Shown here piece after piece: positions 17,656-29,000 of a DNA stretch of 64,000 nucleotides. Position 1 is the stretch's first letter. Each line of letters begins with the position of its first letter. The notes beneath the pieces were generated by a model, which ran no database searches, was not told the DNA's origin, and saw nothing but the letters and a program-made list of their open reading frames with translations. This DNA comes from Patescibacteria group bacterium (lineage in GTDB: Bacteria > Patescibacteriota > Patescibacteriia > JAHIZJ01), in contig JAQTMH010000001.1 of NCBI GenBank assembly GCA_028714495.1, forward strand, positions 245,036 to 309,035, in the 5' to 3' direction. Position numbers and translations under genes: made by a program.

Positions 17656-19020
17656 TCATGTCTTTTGTTCCAGTTGATTATCATCCATCCGGTCCACTCG
17701 CTTCGAGGTTTTTGGCCGCAATAGCCTCAAGACCTCGCCAGCAAGATAGAAAGAGCCGGTTATTAAAATCATATCATTTTTTCCGCCTATTGTCTTGGCA
17801 AAAGCCAGAGCCTTGGGCAGAGAACTCTTTACCCGGCCGGCTGGATAAATTCTCTTTAGTTCTTGGGCGGAAACCATGTTCGGGATTGCTAGCTTCGGGA
17901 AAATGATTCTTTTTGAACGCCGGCCCAATAAACTAACCATTGGCCAATAGTTTTTCCGCTCTTTGACTCCAAAAACCGTGATTAAACGCTCTTTTGAATA
18001 ACCGAGCTCTTTGAGAGTTTTTAAAAGATGGCTGATTGCCGGCAGATTGTGCGCTCCGTCCAAAATGGTCAGCGGCTTTTTTCTGATAACCTCAAATCGG
18101 CCTTCCAGCCTGGTTCGCTTCAAGCCGGCTAAAACCGTCTTGACCGGCAAACGCAGAACCCGGCGCAGAATTTCAAAAACCGCCGCGGCATTTATTGCCT
18201 GGCGCGCTCCGACCAACGCAATTTCAGCCGGCAGTTCTTTCTTAGTTGATTTGATTGTAAAAAGAGTTTTACCAATTTCTAATTGTTCCAAGCTAATCTT
18301 CGGCATTTCAAGAAGACGCGCTCGCGTCTTTTGGCTACGTGATTGAATTACTTTAAGCGCTTTGCCGGAATTGGTGGTGATGACGATATCGCCCGGTTTG
18401 ATAATTCCGGCTTTTTCTTTGGCAATTCTTTTTATTGACCGTCCCAGGATATGGGCATGGTCCATTCCAATTTCAGTAATTACTTTATATTTCAAGCCCA
18501 AAGCCGTGGTCGCGTCCAGCCGGCCTCCCAAACCAACTTCAAAAACCACCCAGTCAACTTTCTCCCGGGCAAAATAGACCGCCGCGGCAGCGGTTAAAAC
18601 TTCAAACCAGGTCGGCTGGTCATGGAGCTGTTCAGTCACGTGGTCAATCGCCGGTTTAATCGCGGAAATTAATTGAGCCAACCGCGCCTGGCTGATCGGC
18701 TGGCCGTTCAATCGGAATCTTTCAGTGTAGGAAACCAAATGCGGCGAATAAAAAGCGCCGACCCGAAAGCCGGCTTGCCGCAGAACTGAATCGAGAAATG
18801 CCACGGTTGAGCCTTTGCCGTTTGTTCCGGCTATTTGGAAACCCTTAAGTTGGCGCTCGGGATGTCCTAATTCAGCCAGCAGGGCTTTGATCCGGTGCAA
18901 ACGCAAATATTCCTCGCTGCCAAATCGCGGAAATTTCCGCAAATATTCTACGTACTGGTCTAGGTCTTGGTATTTCATAGTCAACATTGTCAATATAACA
19001 AAAAAGAAAGAACCCCGCAC
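17656..19020 (-). CDS. folC: folylpolyglutamate synthase / dihydrofolate synthase
   Basis: Mur-ligase P-loop 'IAGTNGKGST'. ~450 aa FolC architecture. Confidence 0.85.
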   Translation of the reverse strand: MRGSFFFVILTMLTMKYQDLDQYVEYLRKFPRFGSEEYLRLHRIKALLAELGHPERQLKGFQIAGTNGKGSTVAFLDSVLRQAGFRVGAFYSPHLVSYTERFRLNGQPISQARLAQLISAIKPAIDHVTEQLHDQPTWFEVLTAAAAVYFAREKVDWVVFEVGLGGRLDATTALGLKYKVITEIGMDHAHILGRSIKRIAKEKAGIIKPGDIVITTNSGKALKVIQSRSQKTRARLLEMPKISLEQLEIGKTLFTIKSTKKELPAEIALVGARQAINAAAVFEILRRVLRLPVKTVLAGLKRTRLEGRFEVIRKKPLTILDGAHNLPAISHLLKTLKELGYSKERLITVFGVKERKNYWPMVSLLGRRSKRIIFPKLAIPNMVSAQELKRIYPAGRVKSSLPKALAFAKTIGGKNDMILITGSFYLAGEVLRLLRPKTSKRVDRMDDNQLEQKT

Positions 19021-19130
19021 CCATCATTCGCTTTGGTAAGCAATTGACAGATGCGGGGCCTGAAGATTCAGTCCAGAGGGCCGGAGATCAGAATCCATAG
19101 GAGGATCCAGGGGCTCACGGGTCCTAAGGA

Positions 19131-19718
19131 CTACGCTGACGCTTCGCTGGCTAGCGTAACGGACTCGCGAACGGCCAGAATGTAGACTCCACTCCCCCAC
19201 TCACAATCGAACGTTCGCCAGCTCATGTTGGTGGCGCCGTAGAAGTAGACGGTTGCGGTCTCGAACCTTGTGCCGTTGACTCGGGCGCGGCCGCAGAAAG
19301 CAGCCAGTTTGTTCTTGAAGTTTCCCCCGTTACACTCGATGAACGTTTCGGACTCGGCACGATCGGGTAACCTGAGCCCCTGGCCGCTGAACTTATCGAT
19401 GACGGCCTTCGGAGCGGTCGACCGAGGCAGTTCGATGATTTCGAAGACAACTTCGGCCGCCCCCTGTCTCTCGACAGGAAAGTCGGAAGCGACGATGTCT
19501 TCAGCAACGCATCCATCACGCCGCATCTTGCCCACGGTTTTCCAGCGCAGATCGCCGTAGTTCACCGTCAGCCTAAGCTTGATCTCGAAGGGATTTTCGC
19601 CCCTCAAGAAACAAGCGAGCTGCTCGGGAGTCCGAACCCCATGTTGCATTTTGAGAGCAAGGTCCGCAAACATGCCAAGGACATTCCCCGGCACTTCACC
19701 GATCATTTCGAGCTTCAT
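19131..19718 (-). CDS. hypothetical protein (in high-GC islet)
   Basis: 195-aa ORF. Local GC is clearly above that of the flanks. Confidence 0.4.
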   Translation of the reverse strand: MKLEMIGEVPGNVLGMFADLALKMQHGVRTPEQLACFLRGENPFEIKLRLTVNYGDLRWKTVGKMRRDGCVAEDIVASDFPVERQGAAEVVFEIIELPRSTAPKAVIDKFSGQGLRLPDRAESETFIECNGGNFKNKLAAFCGRARVNGTRFETATVYFYGATNMSWRTFDCEWGSGVYILAVRESVTLASEASA

Positions 19719-20057
19719 GATCAGTTTCTCCTCTCGGTCTCCTTCTCCCGATACCGTCGGGACGGTGCTGCTGTCTTAGCCGCAGCTTCAAAAATGCAAA
19801 ATTTTACACTCTTAAAGCTACGGCTTACATTCGCAAATCAATTGTCAAAGATATGCAATAATACACCTAAATAGCTAACTTGTCAAGCCAGTCATTCGCG
19901 AATGGCAAGATTAACAAGCCGTTAGCGAACGCCACCTCTTCTTCAAACCGACTTTCCCGCCACTCTACCTTCTAACTGACTTTAGTCAGGTAGAGAAAAA
20001 GGCGGGATAGTCGGATACGCCACTAAAGTGGCTAGGAAGGGGAGGGGGAAACTCTCT

Positions 20058-20888
20058 TTATGCCCTCAACCCTTTCAAGACCTCGACATCATTAACCCGC
20101 TGGCCGTCAGCCGGGGTTTCGAGAATCAAATTCAGATGCTTCAGCCGCGGCTCGTGGAGAATGGCTTTAAATCCTTCTTGGCCAATCTTGCCCAAGCCAA
20201 TATGGTCATGCCGATCCAGATGAGAATCAAATTCGGCCTTTGAATCGTTGGCGTGGATCAGCTTGAGCCGCTTTAAGCCAAGCGTTTTATCGAACTCGTC
20301 AAATGTTTTTTTTACCGCCATCTTGGTCCTCAAATCATAGCCCGAGGCAAAAGCATGGGCTGTATCAAAACAAACTCCGATTTCATTATGTCCGGAGAGT
20401 TTTATCAGCTTGGCAATTTCCTCAAAAGTATCGCCGATAATCAAACCCGAGCCGGCTGACATTTCAATCAAAAATTCCGTCGAGCCTTGGTAACCATCCA
20501 GTATCCTCTTTAATCCGTCAGCCACTTGCTCCTGGGCTTTTGCCTCGCCCAAATCCTTGGCTGAACCGAGATGCGTCATTACCGCGTCAATCCCGAGCAA
20601 GCTCCCACGTTCCAGCTCCTCCCTGATAACCTTGATCGAGCCGAAGCGAATCCGGTTGTTCGAAGACGCCAGATTAATATAGTAAGGCGTGTGAATATAG
20701 CTTCCGTTTTGGTGATAGCGTTCGATGTTGCTTCTGAATTCCTTGATCACCGGAGCGGTCAGGGCCGGAGCCGGACCACCGCGGGGCGAACGGCTGAATA
20801 TCTGAAAACATTCGCAGCCGGCTTTAGCCGCGCGCTTCGGTGCTTCGCTTATTTTTCCGGCGATGGAAATGTGTGCGCCGATTTTCAC
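20058..20888 (-). CDS. nfo: endonuclease IV (AP endonuclease family 2)
   Basis: 'MKIGAHISIAG' start. 'CFDTAHAFASGYD' and 'GLKRLKLIHANDSK' motifs. Confidence 0.85.
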   Translation of the reverse strand: MKIGAHISIAGKISEAPKRAAKAGCECFQIFSRSPRGGPAPALTAPVIKEFRSNIERYHQNGSYIHTPYYINLASSNNRIRFGSIKVIREELERGSLLGIDAVMTHLGSAKDLGEAKAQEQVADGLKRILDGYQGSTEFLIEMSAGSGLIIGDTFEEIAKLIKLSGHNEIGVCFDTAHAFASGYDLRTKMAVKKTFDEFDKTLGLKRLKLIHANDSKAEFDSHLDRHDHIGLGKIGQEGFKAILHEPRLKHLNLILETPADGQRVNDVEVLKGLRA

Positions 20889-22178
20889 TTATTTTGGCGG
20901 ATTAATGAGAGAGTCCAAATAATCGAAGACCTTTCGATTCAGCAGCATCTCTTCATACTGGTCGCGGTATTCCGGGGAGTCAATTTTATTATAGGTATCT
21001 AAGTCGTTTTTGTATACCTCCTTCTGTTTTTTGATTTCCGCTTCGAGTTGACTCGTGTCAACCGTGATGTTTTCCTTCAGACGTATGGCGCGCAATACCA
21101 GAGCGCTTTTAATCCGATTCACGGCTTGCGGCTGAAAATCTTTGGCAATCTCCGCTTCGCTTTTCTTGAGATGCTCGAGGTAGTCATCATATTTTATTCC
21201 CCGCTCTTCTATGCCTGATTTGAATTCCGCCATCATGCGCTGGCCCTCGGCTTCCAGCAAAATTTCGGGAATTTCCCCGAACTCGGTCCGGTCAATAATT
21301 TCTTTCAAAAGTTCCCGTTCAAACCGGTGCTCTTCTTCATGATCCGCTTCAGCCTTGAGATTGACCTCAATTTTTTCTTCAACCTCTTGGATATTCTTGA
21401 AGCTGCCTAATAACTTGGCGAAAGCGTCATCCCAGGCTGGTAGCTCTATCTGGTAGACAGTGTTAACCTTGGCCGAGCAATCTACTTTTCGGCCGGCCAG
21501 ATTTTTCTGAAAATACTCCTTCGGGTATTCGAGTTGAAAATCTTTTTTGGCTCCGGCCTTTAATCCGATAAGATTTTTTTCAAACCCCGGCACTAATCTA
21601 TTTTCACCGAGAACAACCGGAAACTTCTTATTTGAACCTCCGTCAACCGGCACGCCGTCAATCGACAATTCAAAATCTATCTCAACCTTATCTCCGGTCT
21701 GGGCCGGTCGGTTGGCTAATGTCTCTTTGGCCCGCATCTTTCTCAATTCCGCCATGGTTTTCTTCAGTTCTTCCGGTTTTACTTCAGCCTTCTTTTTTCG
21801 GGTTTTTAGTTTTTGATAGTCGCCCAATTTTACCTCGGGCATGAGCGCGACCGTGGCTGTATAAACCAGGAGGTTGCCTGGCGCCATTTTTTGGATTTGG
21901 ATTTGAGGCCGGCCGATCACTTCAAGTTTTTGTTCAAGCACTGCTTCGATATAAGTTTTTTTCACGACTTCCTCAGCCACTTCTTCATAAATCGCGGCTT
22001 CGCCAAAACGCTGTTTGACCAGATCATAAGGCGCTTTGCCCGGTCGGAAACCCGGGATCTCGGTTCTCTCGGATAAACGGCTTGCCGCGGAAAGCAAATA
22101 GGGTTTTATCTCGTCAGGATTCAGCTCAATCGTAAGTTTGATTAAATTCTTTGGTTGTTTTTCATTTACTACTTTCAT
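20889..22178 (-). CDS. tig: trigger factor
   Basis: Three-domain architecture: N-terminal ribosome-binding region, central PPIase-like 'FPVVLGENRLVPGFE', C-terminal arm. Confidence 0.85.
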   Translation of the reverse strand: MKVVNEKQPKNLIKLTIELNPDEIKPYLLSAASRLSERTEIPGFRPGKAPYDLVKQRFGEAAIYEEVAEEVVKKTYIEAVLEQKLEVIGRPQIQIQKMAPGNLLVYTATVALMPEVKLGDYQKLKTRKKKAEVKPEELKKTMAELRKMRAKETLANRPAQTGDKVEIDFELSIDGVPVDGGSNKKFPVVLGENRLVPGFEKNLIGLKAGAKKDFQLEYPKEYFQKNLAGRKVDCSAKVNTVYQIELPAWDDAFAKLLGSFKNIQEVEEKIEVNLKAEADHEEEHRFERELLKEIIDRTEFGEIPEILLEAEGQRMMAEFKSGIEERGIKYDDYLEHLKKSEAEIAKDFQPQAVNRIKSALVLRAIRLKENITVDTSQLEAEIKKQKEVYKNDLDTYNKIDSPEYRDQYEEMLLNRKVFDYLDSLINPPK

Positions 22179-22491
22179 TCTTATCTCCTTTTAAAAAATC
22201 ACGACTTTGCGTTTTTATATCGTATCTCATTGAATCGTTTTTGTAAACCCCCGGCTAATTGACAAAAAATTTCCATTATCCTAATATAAGACCGTCGTTT
22301 GAGGAGTTGTACCGAGTGGCGTGAGGGAACTGGACCGTTATTAGCGCCACAGCAACCTATCCGCCCAGGGCGGACAAGGTGCTCTCCAGCCCCCTGCACA
22401 GGAGTCCTGCGTAAGCTTACGACTGGTACAGGGGAACGACAACTTTCTCTCTGCCTTATGACCACAATGGTCTTTGGGAGGAGGGAGTTCG

Positions 22492-22686
22492 ATGAACATG
22501 GTGGATTATAACTTCCAAGGCGCTACCAAGCCCTGCGAGCAATCAACGCATCAGCCGACGGGACGACCCGAAGGTCCGCACTGCGCTGGGCGGGAAAACT
22601 GTTGCTGGTTCCCGATGTGCGATCTGTCGCACAAAAACCCGCCTGCTCCACCGACCCGGCCTAAGACCGGCCGCATACCTTGCTGA
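22492..22686 (+). CDS. small Cys-rich protein (64 aa), hypothetical
   Basis: ATG at 22492 is preceded by GGGAGGAGGGAG RBS. Sequence ...CEQSTH...HCAGRENCCWFPMCDLSH...PPAPPTRP. An intrinsic terminator follows at 22709-22737. Confidence 0.4.
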   Translation: MNMVDYNFQGATKPCEQSTHQPTGRPEGPHCAGRENCCWFPMCDLSHKNPPAPPTRPKTGRIPC

Positions 22687-22708
22687 GACAGCTCTTCGCA
22701 CGACACAA

Positions 22709-22737
22709 TCGGGGAAGTCAAATGGCTTCCCTTTTTT
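22709..22737 (+). terminator. intrinsic terminator
   Basis: GGGAAG-tcaaatgg-CTTCCC followed by TTTTTTT. Confidence 0.6.
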
Positions 22738-23009
22738 TATTATAACAACAGCTTGTATTTTCTTAATTTATGTGTTATAATTACTTTACCTTTAAATAGC
22801 CTCTTCTAATGGAGGATACTATAATTATGTTTGATAATAAGTATCTAGTCCAAATCTTGTCGGGTTGGTCTGGTATAATTCCTTCCGGAATTAAATTTAG
22901 ATTACATATTTTTGCGGCCAAATTCTCTGGCCGTTCTTTTGTTTCTATCATAACCCTAGGCTTATTCGAGTTCAGGACTCCATAATACGCGTGATAAAAT
23001 ATACTAATA

Positions 23010-26000
23010 ATGCTAAGAGTTCTTCACCGACAATATCGTAAAAATGTCACATGTGACCAAGGCGGCTCACGCATACGCTCTTCGCTTTATTTTGCTTTTG
23101 GTATCGGGGTGGCTATATCAGCGCTTGTGGCTATCGGATTAACGGTCTTTGTGCCTCACCCAGTAGTCGCTGACACGACTGCCACGCTCGAACAGAACGC
23201 GTTTCGTTTTTATGTCGATAATGATCTTGTCCAGCCAGCTGATCCCTGGCCAGCCGGCGCGACCGATCTGGCAGAAAATGCGGCGATCACCACAGCGGAC
23301 GTTCCGCCAGATGACGCTAATCTCATCCGTATGCGCATGTCTCTTGGTATCACTGGCGACACCCTGGCTGCTGGATCGCAAGATTTTAAATTACAATATG
23401 GCGAGGGAACGGACTGCGCGGCGATCGTGAGCTGGAATGATGTTGGCGCGGCCAGTTCGGCGACCATCTGGCGAGGTGAATCAGACACGAACCCAGCTGA
23501 TGGTACCACGATATCTTCAGCCTTACTCTCGACCGCTGGAACGCTACAGACATATGAAGAGCAGAATAATTCCGCTCTCAACCCAAATCAAGCGACTGCC
23601 GGGCAATCAGCCGAGTGGGATTGGCTCGTGGAAAACAACGGCGCTCTCCACGATACGACCTACTGCTTCCGCATGGTCAAAAGCGACGGTACCGCGCTCA
23701 ATACCTATACCCAGTATCCAAAAATCCAGACGGAAGCAACAGTTTTTGACAGCACCCTTGAGGGCGGCAATGGCGCGAGCTTCACCAAACCATACACTGG
23801 CGATGCCTCAAAAATCAGCTTTGCCAGTGAACTTGATGGTGGTGGACCCTTGGGGCCGTGCACTGACGCCCGTAGGCAGAACTGGTTTTATTTCTCAATG
23901 AGCAACGCCCTAAATCAGACACTCACAATAAAATTAATCAACGCCATGGCCGGCAGCAATGAAAATACTGATTGGGTTGATCATAAACCTGTCTATTCTT
24001 ACGATCAGGTAAATTGGTATCGGATCAGCAGTACCGGCACTGTGAGCGGCAGTGATATGATCTATACCTTTCCCGGCGCTGGAATTGAATTTACCTCCGA
24101 TACTGTCTATATCGCTCACGGCATTCCCTACACCTACACTGATTCCGAAAACGACCTTACGACCTGGTCAGCCTCTCCCTATGTAACCGTCACTGATATC
24201 GGCAATTCGGTTCAAAGTAGAATGATGCACCTGGTAACGATCCAGGACACGGCCTCGCCCATTACTGCGGCCAATAAAAAAGTGTATTGGTTTATTGCCA
24301 GGCAGCATGGCATGGAACCTATGGGAAGCTATGCCATCCAGGGAGTCATTAATTTCTTGATTGGCTCAAGTGACGAAGCCAAGCTTATGAGGCGAACTTC
24401 GATCTTTAAAATTATTCCGATGATGAATCCTGACGGTGCCTATCAGGGTTGGACCACTGCCAACGCTGAATATTGCAATGAGAATCGGGACTGGACTGAT
24501 TTAGTGCCGAACCCCGCCACCGAAACTGATGAAGTTTATAATGCCCACTATGCCATTCATGATTGGATGACGAATGGCACCCCAGCTGATGCTGAAGTAA
24601 TAACAGATGTTCATACCCGCTGCGCCAATCCGGGTGTTTACACGGGAGACGCAGTCTACGATGGCAACAGAGAAAATCCTTATGAAGTACTGTGGAAAAT
24701 TCTAGACGGCAATGATCATGATGATGAATTTACGTACTCAGGCACGGCCGGCCTCTTTAACGTGGAGATGTATGACCAATATTACCCCACCTGGGGAACC
24801 GAGGTCTTCAATACCGAGGGAACAACTTACGATTTTGTCGATCATACATACCCGACCGCGGCTACTGCGGCTGCCTATGAGGTTTCTTATTTAAAAACAA
24901 TTTGGGCTATGAGGGAGACCAGCTCAAGTGTTTTTCTGTTAACTCAAGTTGATCCGACCGGCGCCACTACTCCGCCCCAATATACCGTTGTCGGCTCACC
25001 CAGTCAGTATTTTGCCGTGTTCAATAATGACAAAGGCGGCGGAATATCGGATTGGTATGACCGGGAAAATGATCAGTATTTACTCAATAATCTTGTTGAC
25101 GCTGATTCAGTTCTTGACCCGATTGACTGGAACGACGGTTCGGCGGTGCGATCATTGATCAGTACTACCAACGCAACTTTTTCTGTAGCAAATAATTCTG
25201 GAAACCGAACTGAATTTAGCTATTCGGGCGAGTTGGCTGGAATCTCGGGCGAAGACTACATTCTCAATCGAGTAATCTGGGGTGATGGCCGGATTTGGAC
25301 AAAGTTTAGTCTAACTAATACAACCGGTTCAACTATCGACTGGGGTGAGATGAAAAACTCCGTGAATATTGATTTTGCCGAAGCGGCGAATTTCACCGCC
25401 AGTCGCGACAATTCCGATGATACCCCCACTCCTGGGACAGACAATTGGTGGGGGATGCTTGGCACTGGTGCCATGAAATCTTCGGCGATTGCCCATTATG
25501 TCGGACAGTCCGGCGGCTGGACCTACGATACCTACAATACTGCCTCTGACGCTACCTATGGAAAATCCAACTGGTATTCGGATGCTGACGGACCGACTTT
25601 AACTGATGGCAGCACAATCAGCACAACCGTGAGCTATCAGGTCAGGCCAGACACTGATGTCATGAGCAATGAAGCGGCTATTGACGTGTATCGAAACGAT
25701 ATTGCCAGTCCGGATACGCCGACCATGACCACTGGCACCTTTTCGAGCTTTGATAAACAAGAGGGTGGCCTCTCTTTTGCCGCCGACAATAACCGAGTCA
25801 TATTTACTTACACCAACGCGGACACGGTCACGAAAAAAAAGCCGACTTACACCATAACCGACTACGCTGCCTCAACCGCTCCGGTCTTAAGCGTCAATAA
25901 TGCCTTCCTCGATGGCGAGGATGGTTCGGCTCATACCGGAACTACCCATACGAGCACAACCTACACCTCGTCGGTTGATACGACAAACGATATCGCCTAT

Positions 26001-29000
26001 GTTCAATATCTCAGTGATATCTCAGCCAATCAAAAAATCCGAATTGGTGATCTCCTCTATCTCGACAATGTGACAGTTTCCGGAAATATCTACAGCGACG
26101 AGGGAACAACGCCGATTGATTGCTCACTTGGGAATAAAACTGTGGCTTTGCGAGTGGCCGGCGCTGGAACCTACACGGCTGAATGCACGCTGGACACGGG
26201 TGCGTTCAGCATTGGTTCGATCACCATTGATAACCCCAGCGATATCGTGACGGTCTTTCTCGACGGCGAGACGGAGAAAGCGGTGACTGTGACAAGAGCG
26301 GCTGACCTAATAACTACTATCGACGATATTGATCTGTACCAAAATAGAGTTGTTGTCCGCCATGAAGACGCTGGTCCAACCACCAACGCCAATCTTGATG
26401 CGTATGATAGCGGCAATGACGACGATATTCCATTCACTGTCACTGGCGGCGCTTTAACTGTGCCGACTGGAACCGAACTTCATGTATGGTCTGGTTCCAC
26501 TTATACGCCTGGCGGCTCTATAACAACGAATGCCACGGGTGGGGATCTCCACATCGATGATACTGCCACAGCGACACTCGGTTCTGGCACAGCCAGTATC
26601 GGCCGTGACATTTTAGTTGATACCGGAGCAACGCTCAATCTTAATGTTGATACATCAATAGGCGGAGGTGATATCACTACTGCTGGAACAGCCACTGTCA
26701 CCACCTCAAGCGGCACTCCAACAATAACGGTTTCTGGTAGCGGTTCGCTCGGTGGTGGCGCAAATGTTCTTACCTTCTATAACCTCACCCTCTCGGGCAC
26801 GCCGACCTTGGCCTCAAACATTACAGTAAACAATAACCTCACTCTGCCCAGCTCAGTCACGGCTGGCACTAAAGCCGTAACAATGGCCGGCACAGCCGGC
26901 GTTCTTACTGGCGGTGGAGCAACCCTCTATGACCTGACCATCAATCCAACCAGCGCTGGAACAATCACCCTCTCCACCTCTGACCTGACTGTTTCGCATA
27001 CTCTGGCCGTGGCCTCGGGTGATACTCTTTCGCTTGGCGCTTCACGAACGCTGACTTCAGGCACCGGCGGTTCCGTCTCTATCTCTGGTACGATCAGTGG
27101 CTCTGGCACGCTCGTTATTCAAAACTCTAGTCTGGGTACTGGGGGAACGCTTTCCGCTCCAGTAAGTTTTGATGCCACCAGTGGTGCTCTCACTCTACCG
27201 GTCCGAACCTACGGTGGAGCCGTGACAGTCACGAATACCGGGGCAACAGATCGGACTGTGACAGCTGGCAGCGGAACGCTCGCGCTGGCTTCAGACCTTA
27301 CCCTATCAATGAGCGGCGCTGGAACAACTACTTTAAATCTCGATACCAACGATCCAACTGCCACCGTGACTGGTGATACAACCATCGGAAGCGATACCAC
27401 TCTCATAGCAAGTTCAGACAGTACTCTTTCGCTCAAGGGCGATTATGCGAACAGTGGAACCTTCACCCATAGCAGCGGAACTGTGGCCGTGGCTGGAACG
27501 ACGCTTCAGACTTTCAGTGGGACAATGATTAGTACTTCGGCGTTTAATAATCTAACCTTGACCAATGCGTCTGGGAGCTCCACTGGCTGTTCTGACGCCT
27601 TCACTCCCGGGATCCGTTTCTCAGATCCGGCAACCGTGGCCAACACTTACACGATAACGACTGGCGATGTAAAGGTGGAATATGATTCAGGTTCAACCTA
27701 CACTTTGAATGATATCAATTGGAACGGACAAGCGGCTGGAACTCCGATAATCTTCCGCAATTCAACGCTGACTTCTGGAACCTGGCTACTGGCCATAAGT
27801 GGCAGTCAAAACGCCATTTCCTATGTTGATGTGGCGCGCTCTGATGCCAGTTCCGGCGATCTGATTCTGGCTGATGATGGAACAAATACTGACTGTAGTT
27901 CAAATACCAACTGGCAATTTGACACGCCGGCTGTATATTCGAACATTGAATCAGCGGCCGAACCCACCTCGCTGATCATCACCTGGACCAGCAACGAAGG
28001 AACAACCTCTCAAGTCCAGTATGGTTTAACTGACAGCTATGGCCTCGAAACAACCGAGGTTGTCGACTTGGAAACAAGCCACACGGTTGAGGTTTCTGGC
28101 TTAGATTCTGATACTCAATATCATTACCGGGTAACCGGAACCGACTCGTATGGGAACCGAACCACCTCAAGCGACCAGGTGGCCACTACGCTGTCGGCAA
28201 CTACCATCAGTGAAACAAGCGCGGATGAAATCACCGCCACTTCGGCTGTTATAAATTGGACAACCAGCCGAACTACCACCTCAATAGTCGATTATGGTCT
28301 AACCACTTCTTATGGAGATGAGGCAACCGACAGCGCTTCAACAATCGATCACAGCCTCGCCCTTACTGGTTTAACACCTGGCACGACTTATCACTACCAA
28401 ATTTCCGGCCTTGACAGCTATGGCCTCACGGCAAATTCCGGTGATCTTACTTTTACCACCTTACCCGCTACCACCCTATCAAATATCGAAGTAACCAACC
28501 TCACACTCACCTCGGCGACTATAACTTGGCAGACTAATCATGCGGCCACCGCCCATGTGGATTATGGTCTGACCGAAGAATACGACAAAAGCAGCGCGAC
28601 TGAGACGGGAACAACTGAACCAAGTTTTACCTTGACTGATTTGACCCCCGGTACTACCTATCATTACCGAGTAATTTCTGTCGGCAACACTGAAGCGATC
28701 AGTGCTGACGCGACCTTCACCACCCTGCCGACAACCGCGATCAGTGATATTCAAGTCGTTGGGATAACTACCAGCACCGCGACTCTAACCTGGAAGACGA
28801 ATCACGCGGCAAATTCGAAAGTTAAGTACGGCGAATCAACAACTTACGGCAGTGAAGTTTCGGATAGCGCCCTGACCGTGGACCACTCATTCACCCTCAC
28901 TGGTCTGAAATCAGGCGCGGTCTACCATTATTTTGTCACCAGCGTTGGAAATACCGAGACAAGTTCAGCTGACGCGACCTTCACCACCTACATCCCCACC

